Below are positions 52,508 through 64,000 of a DNA stretch of 64,000 nt, piece by piece. Source of the DNA: Tubulanus polymorphus (Eukaryota; Animalia; Nemertea); NCBI RefSeq assembly GCF_964204645.1, contig NC_134036.1, positions 5,114,600 to 5,178,599 on the forward strand, given 5' to 3'. Each line of letters opens with the position of its first letter. Position 1 is the first letter of the stretch. The translations under genes and the position numbers were made by a program. A model generated the notes under the pieces. That model worked only from the letters and a program-made list of their open reading frames with translations. It was not told the DNA's origin and ran no database searches.

Positions 52508-53632
52508 ATGGTGTCGGAAAATGTATCGGTTGTCGCTCAGCTTCTCGACCGCAACGGATCGGACCCGACAACGACCACCACTGAGAAGGCCGGGTTTAAA
52601 CCTCATCCGGGTTGTAAATACGTCCATCATTCCGATTTGAGATCGTTTCACGTGAATCTGTATCTACAGATCACGATTCACGTTATTTTCAGCATAGCCA
52701 TCTGGGGTTTCGGCACAAATATTCTGTCTTTTGTTATTCTCAGTAGAGAACGTTCAAACAACACCAGCATATTCTATTTGAGATGTTTGGCAGTTGCGGA
52801 CATGTTTATTTGTGTGTCTTATATTGTATTCGACTTTCAGTCCTGGCTCTACAGTCACACATTGTTACTGGACATGACTGCTGAAATGAACCACCATATG
52901 AAACGCGCGTCTGCATACTCTAGAAACATTAAATCTATCTTCTCGGATATCAGCGACCATGTAACATTGTTGATAGCTATAGACAGATATATCGTCGTTT
53001 GTTGGCCTCTGAAAGCTGTTAGAATCATAAGCCTGAAGAGAAGTTATGTTTGCATCCCTTTCGTTGTGATATTTTCAGTTTGTGATCAGGCTATGAATTT
53101 TTTCGTATATCATACAATTCGTTTTATCAATCCGTGTACCGGACAAGACAGAATGACTGTGAGATTTACATCATTTGCCAACAATAAATATTTCAGATAC
53201 TACGGTTTGTTTGTACGTGGCCCAGTAATTACAATAATCCCGACAGTGATAGTGGTTCTGATAACTATCCGATTGATTTTCACGTTGAGACGCGCAGGAG
53301 CAGCGAGAAAAACCATGTCTACAAATAATCAAACTTCTAACAGCAGCAGCAGCAGCAGCAGTGACCGTAGTTTAACACTGACGTTAGTTATCATTTCATG
53401 TTTCTATTTACTGATTAAAGCTTTTAGTCTTAACGGAATAATTAATAATCTCATATATGCATTGAACGCTGATATCAGCAAAGACACCTTATTGGCAAGG
53501 ATAGTGATTCAAGTTCAAGACATAGTCAGAATGATCGTAGCGTCCAGTAATTTTGTCATTTATTGCGTTTCGAGGCGTCGCTTTCGAAACCAACTGAAAG
53601 CGACTTTTAGGACCCGTAATCGGCTGAAATAA
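52508..53632 (+). CDS. Class A GPCR copy 6
   Basis: Paralogue. ATG at 52508. Confidence 0.93.
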   Translation: MVSENVSVVAQLLDRNGSDPTTTTTEKAGFKPHPGCKYVHHSDLRSFHVNLYLQITIHVIFSIAIWGFGTNILSFVILSRERSNNTSIFYLRCLAVADMFICVSYIVFDFQSWLYSHTLLLDMTAEMNHHMKRASAYSRNIKSIFSDISDHVTLLIAIDRYIVVCWPLKAVRIISLKRSYVCIPFVVIFSVCDQAMNFFVYHTIRFINPCTGQDRMTVRFTSFANNKYFRYYGLFVRGPVITIIPTVIVVLITIRLIFTLRRAGAARKTMSTNNQTSNSSSSSSSDRSLTLTLVIISCFYLLIKAFSLNGIINNLIYALNADISKDTLLARIVIQVQDIVRMIVASSNFVIYCVSRRRFRNQLKATFRTRNRLK

Positions 53633-54701
53633 ATCATGACCATTTCGATTTATGTTTTTTTTTTTTTAAATTCCAATTTATTTCGTGAGAAAGCAAGTTA
53701 CGAGAATATTTACAAACAGATCAAAAAATAAATTCAGAAGGCTTTCTCACGAGGGCCATGCAAAGGCCAAAAGGCCGTCCACGCAGTACCCTTGAAAAGA
53801 AAAAAGCGAATCGAAAAATGAGAGAAGATTAGAAAAGACCACGATAAAAAATGGGGTTAATATAAGCGAAGAGAGTGATTTAGGAACTATTATAACAGTT
53901 GGGCTTATCGCAGTGATGGGAGTTTGAGTAGCTGGAGGTGAGAATATATTCGCCCGTTGAAAATGGGCTTGGAAGGGGCCTGGAAGTTGTAGATTTTGCC
54001 AGATTTTCAAGACAATCTAATACATTGAACGCTAATATGGTATCGATTGTATCCTATTGCAAATATTACTGCTGAATAAACTCCTCTGAATACGGTCTGA
54101 ATTCATTAAACACGCGTTAAACGGCGCTTCTTAAAGACTTCTTTACTACATTTATTTCAAGTCACAATACCCATCAACCCGAGCTTGGCCTTGTGTTCTA
54201 CCCGAGAAAAGGGTACTAGCCCCTTAAAAATGAGGTGTTCAGGCAGTTTTCAATATACGTTATTCTGATACAACTCATGCACGGCTAGTATACTCTTTAG
54301 CCGTAATTCGCTTTCTGTACATACATGTGTATATGGCACGAAGCGTAATGTAGAAGAAAAATGAAATTGAATATACGAATATATCGATTCGCAACTATAA
54401 CTCTCGTTAATGGCACAGGTTCGCGGCTTAATTAGTAAATCTAGCTTTCCATGAAATTTGATACTGTTTGCACGCGTGTTGTAGAGCGTCGGAATTCGAG
54501 AAACGTGGTTATTTCAGGTTTAAATCAGCGCGCATTTGACTTTGTGCAGTTTGGTGATCCGATGCCTGATGAGGTGATAGTCGTACCAGTTCTCGACGAA
54601 GACAGCATTGAACTAAATCTACTTTTAGCAGATTAACAGATTTGGGAGTTAAAACAAATCGTTTTAAAATTTGCAAACAGCGAATGTTTGCTGAAATAAG
54701 G

Positions 54702-55805
54702 ATGGCTTCGGACAATGAATCGGTCGGCGCTCAGTTTCTCAACCTGAACGGATCGGACCTGACAACAACCACCACTGAGAAGGCAGAAGGGTTTAAACCT
54801 CATCCGCGGTGTAAATACATCCATCACGCTGATTACAAACCGTTTCACGTGAATCTGGTGTCGCAGATCGCGACTTACGTCATTTTCAGCATAGCCATCT
54901 TCGGTTTCGGAACGAATTTACTGTCATTCGTGGTTCTTAGCATGGAGCGTTCGAACAACACCAGTATATTCTATTTGAAATGTTTGGCCTTTGCGGACAT
55001 GTTTATTTGTTTTTTCTACATCATTTTCGACTTTCAGTTTCAACTGTACAGTCACACATTGTTACTGGACATGACTGCTGAAATAAACCACGTCATGAAG
55101 CGTATGCGCCCGTACACAAGAAACACCCGACTTCTGTTTTCGGGTATCGGCGATTTGGTAACGTTACTAATAGCTATAGACAGATATATCGTTGTTTGCT
55201 GGCCTTTGAAAGCTGTCGGAATTATAAGCAAGAAGAAAAGTTACATTTACATCGCCGTTGTTTCGATTATTTCACTTGGGGACGTAGCGAAAAACGTGTT
55301 TAAATACACGACGAAATACGCACGGAATCCGTGCACCGGACACGTGAGATGGAATCAAAAGTTGACTCCATTCGCTAGAAACCGGTATTTCAGATACTAC
55401 GAGGTGTTTATCCGCGCTCCTTTATTTACTGTAATCCCGACGGTGATCGTAGTTCTGATAACTATCCGATTAATTTTCACGTTGAGACGCGCAGGAGCAG
55501 CGAGAAAAACCATGTCTGCAAATAATCAAACAGCTAACAGCAGCAGCAGTGACCGTGGTTTAACTTTGGCGTTAATTCTAATTTCATGTTTCTATCTAGT
55601 GAAGAAGGCCTTCTTTTTCAATGGCGCCGTCACGAACTTGGTTCAAACTCTAGGCGGAACAATCGGCCCGGCGGTTTCGTCTTTTTACCTGAACATGGTT
55701 CAGGACATTATCAGAATGATCGTGGCGTCCACTAATTTCGTCATCTATTGCGTTTCGAGGCGTCGCTTTCGAAATCAACTGAAAGCGATGTTTTCGATTT
55801 CGTGA
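54702..55805 (+). CDS. Class A GPCR copy 7
   Basis: Paralogue. The ATG at 54702 (MASDNESVGA) aligns with the others. Alternative in-frame ATG at 54684. Confidence 0.93.
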   Translation: MASDNESVGAQFLNLNGSDLTTTTTEKAEGFKPHPRCKYIHHADYKPFHVNLVSQIATYVIFSIAIFGFGTNLLSFVVLSMERSNNTSIFYLKCLAFADMFICFFYIIFDFQFQLYSHTLLLDMTAEINHVMKRMRPYTRNTRLLFSGIGDLVTLLIAIDRYIVVCWPLKAVGIISKKKSYIYIAVVSIISLGDVAKNVFKYTTKYARNPCTGHVRWNQKLTPFARNRYFRYYEVFIRAPLFTVIPTVIVVLITIRLIFTLRRAGAARKTMSANNQTANSSSSDRGLTLALILISCFYLVKKAFFFNGAVTNLVQTLGGTIGPAVSSFYLNMVQDIIRMIVASTNFVIYCVSRRRFRNQLKAMFSIS

Positions 55806-56157
55806 ATAGAAATCGAGATTTTATTGAAATGTTTTATCGTTAAGAAGAGTTCATATTTAGTCCCAACACCAAAAACGATACCGTCAATCGCAATGAATGA
55901 TAATTAAAAAAGGAATTTTCGATAAGCTTGAGCCAAATTCTAAGTGGATCCAGGCCCCGATTGGAAATGAATTTTGTCCGTACATCATCTTGTTTCTTAT
56001 CAATTAAGCAATTTCTAGTACCCTGCTCACTCAATATGTATTTTCAGACTATTGTCACTATTCCTTTGAATTATCTTCATTTATCGCTGACTGATTACTT
56101 GTTTATTACACGGTCGAGCGATAGTATACACTGTAGCCACGATCACACGGAAACGAT

Positions 56158-56343
56158 TGGCCCGGACCAAATTTTTGCACGGATCAGGCTCGAGCCAAAT
56201 TTGAGTCGTGCCTAATTAGAGAGCGCGCTCACACGTTCACCACTCACTCGATACTAAACAATCATGTTTGTGTCCCGCGCTAAGATTTGGCTCGGGGGCC
56301 TGGTTCGACGTTTTCGATCGTGCAAAATTTTGCCCGGGCCAAA
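56158..56343. mobile_element. Imperfect inverted repeat, MITE-like
   Basis: tggcccggaccaaatttttgcacg..gagccaaat pairs with atttggctc..cgtgcaaaattttgcccgggccaa. Confidence 0.6.
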
Positions 56344-56703
56344 CAGATTCAGATTCAAATATTATTGTCCACAATTTTCACAATTCGCATTGAACAAAAA
56401 ATTTACATTAATACAAAATGACGGTATAACATATCTCTATTTTATACATGTGTACAATTTAATTTGAGCATATTCGAATAAATTTAGAAAGATTCATCAG
56501 AATTCCTTGGTTTTTTTTGTACAGAGAAGGAGTTAGTATTTTCAAGATTTGGAGTTGACCAAAATCTTCTCGGGATAAGCTCCGGGCCAAAGATGCTCGT
56601 CTTGATCGCAGCTTGAAGTACTACCGAAAGCTCGTACTACCAGATAATCTAACACGCTGTCTTAATGATAACATCAGTAATAGTGAAAATAATAATCTAT
56701 TGC

Positions 56704-61200
<4,497 letters not shown>

Positions 61201-62141
61201 AATCCACGTTATGATGCGCATATTTTCATATACCGAAAACGTTTCACCGATTTTCTCGGAAATCAGTGACCATATCACGTTGTTAATAGCTATAGACAGA
61301 TACATCGTCGTTTGTTGGCCTCTGAAAGCTATCAGAATTATAGGCCTTAATAAAAGTTATGTTAACATCCCTTTCGTTGTGTTGTTTTCACTTTGTGATC
61401 AGTCCCCGAATTTTTTCATGCTTTATACTATTCGGATTATCAATCCGTGTACTGGACATCACAGAATGACTAGGAGATTAGCTCCACTTGCCTACAATAT
61501 AGATTTCAGAATGTACGGTGTGTTTGTCCGCGCTCCTATATTTACGATACTCCCGACAGTGATCGTGATTCTAATAACTATCCGATTGATTTTCACGTTG
61601 AGACGCGCAGGAGCAGCGAGAAAAACCATGTCTACAAATAATCAAACTTCTAACAGCAGCAGCAGCAGCAGTGACCGTAGTTTAACTCTGACGTTAATTC
61701 TCATTTCGTGTTTCTTTTTAGCGAAAAAAACGTTCAGCCTAAATGCGATAATTAATAATCTCTTATACACATTGAACGCTGATACAATCGAAGATACCTT
61801 AATGGCAACGATCATCAGCAATGTTCAAAGTATAGTCAGAATGATCGTTGCGTCTTGTAATTTCGTCATTTACTGCGCTTCGAGGCGTCGCTTTCGAAAT
61901 CAACTGAAAGAGATGTTATTTAAGATTCTTTCTTGTAGCCAGATTCATTCGAGAAAGCGCTAGCTTTTTAGCTACAAAAGCTAGGACTACGTATAAAATT
62001 AGTCTGCACCTTGGTACAGTTGCAGTTTTTTTTGTAATTATTGATTCGAATCTTGTTTCTACGTCTTCGAATGCGGGGTTTTCACTTCACCAAAATCAGA
62101 AAGTTTTAAATACCGTCAAATCTTCCGTATTTGATTCTTAA

Positions 62142-62239
62142 CGACAGTGATAGTGGTTCTGATAACTATCCGATTGATTTTCACGTTGAGACGCGCAGGA
62201 GCAGCGAAAAAAACCATGTCTACAAATAATCAAAGTTCT

Positions 62240-62272
<33 letters not shown>

Positions 62273-62545
62273 GACCGTAGTTTAACTCTGACGTTAATTC
62301 TCATTTCATGTTTCTATTTTCTGAAAAAAGCGTTCAGTCTTAACGCTATAATCAATAATCTCATATTAACATTGAACGCTGATATGGGCAAAGATTCCAC
62401 GGTGGCAAAGTTTGTGAATCAAGCTCAACATATAGTCAAAAAGATCGTAGCGTCTTGTAATTTTGTCATTTATTGCGCTACAAAGCGCCGCTTTCGAATT
62501 CAGCCGAAATCCATATTATTTCGGATCCGTAATCGCCTAGGGTAA
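62142..62545 (+). pseudogene. GPCR 3' fragment (TM5-TM7)
   Basis: A decayed upstream module (62040-62140) is fused directly to cgacagtgatagtgg. TM1-4 deleted. Confidence 0.87.
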
Positions 62546-63597
62546 ACGATATTCACAATGTCACTATCTAAATCGACCGACTTGGTCAGAGCTGCGATGG
62601 CAAAGAACTTGCGACCGGTCGAGAAGCTGTTAAACGATGCAACGATTTCAATCGGGCCGAACAGAAATCCCGACTTATGAAGCAACAGAAACCAGTAGAT
62701 TGTTTACCGCTCTATTTTTAACACGGAGAGTCCTCATTACGCTTCGTTTATCTACATTTTCTAACGCTGATTTGTCAGTCGCACTTGAACACCCATTCGG
62801 TGGTGGATTATAAAGATAAATTTCTTCACGTCGTGGGGAATCTTTTGGCGATTTTTCGGGAAAAAAAATTCCCAAAAAGTCCCGCCGCCTATCAGTGTTT
62901 GGCCATTTCAACGACTGTAAGACAGGTCTAAAGCATGCGAGATGTGCAGTTGGAGCAGCCACCTTCGACAGGTTTTCTCTCAACCTGTGTACAAAGCCTG
63001 TCATGCTTTCTGTGAAATAAATTTGAACTTGAACTTGAACTAGTTCGCCCTCTAGCGGACAATTACGTCAGTAGGTCAGCCACGTCTCAGTTGGCCACAA
63101 CCATATTCATCGTCAAGTGCCACGCCACATGATGGGCAGCTTTTCCTCGAAAAATGAAATCATTTATTTGACGTCAACAACTCGAGAATTAAGAGCGGTA
63201 TATTCTTATTTATCTCCTCACCGCGTCAGTGCGCTTAACTCTTTGCTGCGACGTGGTCTTCTAACATTCGTTGATACGCTAATACTTGCAAAGCGAAGAA
63301 TTACCATTTTGGAAGCTTGAAACATTGGCTGTTGCTGTATGCAAACTGGAATTGTGTATTTCGTTAGGGCGTCCCTTACATCTCGTACCACACCTGCCGG
63401 CAACGAAACAGGAGGTCTCCATGACCTAACGACGACAGAGACTAAATTACCAAAACGACGATGATCCACATATTTATATTTTCAAGACGTTTATTAGCAT
63501 CGAACTAGGTTAGCGTAACGCAATAATTAACATCAAACTGAAACATTGTAAAAAACAATTTCACGAATCGAATAATAAGCTATCGTAACGACTATCG

Positions 63598-63801
63598 TTA
63601 ATGGCATTCGTTATAGCATTTGTCGAGGGCCTCGCGGCAGGTCTGGCTGCAGGCGACGGCGTTCTGTCCGCCGTGGTGGCCGTTGACGCAGGCGGCTCCG
63701 CACTCGTAGCCGGTGTCCCAACACTTCTTCATGCACGTGATGAGCGACGCGTCCGTGGAGGCTCCCAACATCAACATAGCGATAAGTACGACGCAAATGA
63801 C
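63598..63801 (-). CDS. Last exon of a secreted 8-Cys peptide: VICVVLIAMLMLGASTDA-SLITCMKKCWDTGYECGAACVNGHHGGQNAVACSQTCREALDKCYNECH
   Basis: Acceptor ttcgcag|GTC at 63802. 67 open codons with GC-rich third positions in AT-rich surroundings. Hydrophobic signal core ending T-D-A. Spacing CX3CX6CX3C-X12-CX3CX6CX3C. AATAAA at 63495-63490. The start exon was not located and is probably beyond the window. Confidence 0.85.
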   Translation of the reverse strand, partial: VICVVLIAMLMLGASTDASLITCMKKCWDTGYECGAACVNGHHGGQNAVACSQTCREALDKCYNECH

Positions 63802-63839
63802 CTGCGAAATAGCACGAATAAAGTCGAAATGTTTCGATT

Positions 63840-64000
63840 GAATTACAATTAGTTACTGTAATGATGTCTACATTGCCAGTGAATTCAACGAATCCTTGAA
63901 ATTATGATTAGTTACTAATGAGGACCTTCTCATTCTCATCAGTTCAGTGATTCAGTAAAATCATAATTCGCCTAATGACAAATTTTCATTTTCTCATTCT
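63840..64000. repeat. Diverged copy of the 60-bp minisatellite
   Basis: attatgattagttactaatgaggaccttctcattctc at 63901 matches the 47.8-kb unit. Confidence 0.85.

Noticed and set aside
53747-53800. Possible knottin-type exon behind GPCR6 (ttttcaag|GG TAC TGC)
   Set aside because: Only one Cys, no framework, and no signal exon or UTR homology.
63601-63852. 83-aa plus-strand ORF and 61-aa minus-strand ORF
   Set aside because: Shadows of the 8-Cys exon, whose frame has the acceptor, signal core, regular Cys spacing and poly(A) signal.

Overview
This is eukaryotic, AT-rich, spliceosomal-intron DNA from an invertebrate, probably a lophotrochozoan. The peptide frameworks below hint at a ribbon worm, but that is inference only. 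The window is dominated by a same-strand tandem array of class A (FMRFamide-receptor/Srw-like) GPCR genes with intronless coding regions: 8 intact copies and 5 pseudogenes or fragments. The array is interrupted by a 3-exon, ~1,930-aa GRL101-type receptor (CUB-CTL-LDLa-LRR-7TM) and two tandem GT32 glycosyltransferases, and is preceded by a cadherin ORF with no transmembrane segment. The main discovery is largely invisible to the ORF track. On the minus strand, between the GPCRs, lie three paralogous spliced genes for tiny secreted cystine-knot peptides (signal exon plus a C-C-CC-C-C exon). Each sits tail-to-tail 1.0-1.6 kb behind an intact GPCR. At the right end is an exon for a fourth secreted 8-Cys peptide with the helical-hairpin spacing of nemertean B-neurotoxins. 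The locus therefore looks like a co-expanded module of diversifying receptors and diversifying secreted disulfide peptides (toxin, pheromone or ligand). MITEs, LINE and Penelope remnants, minisatellites and a recent tandem duplication fill the rest.
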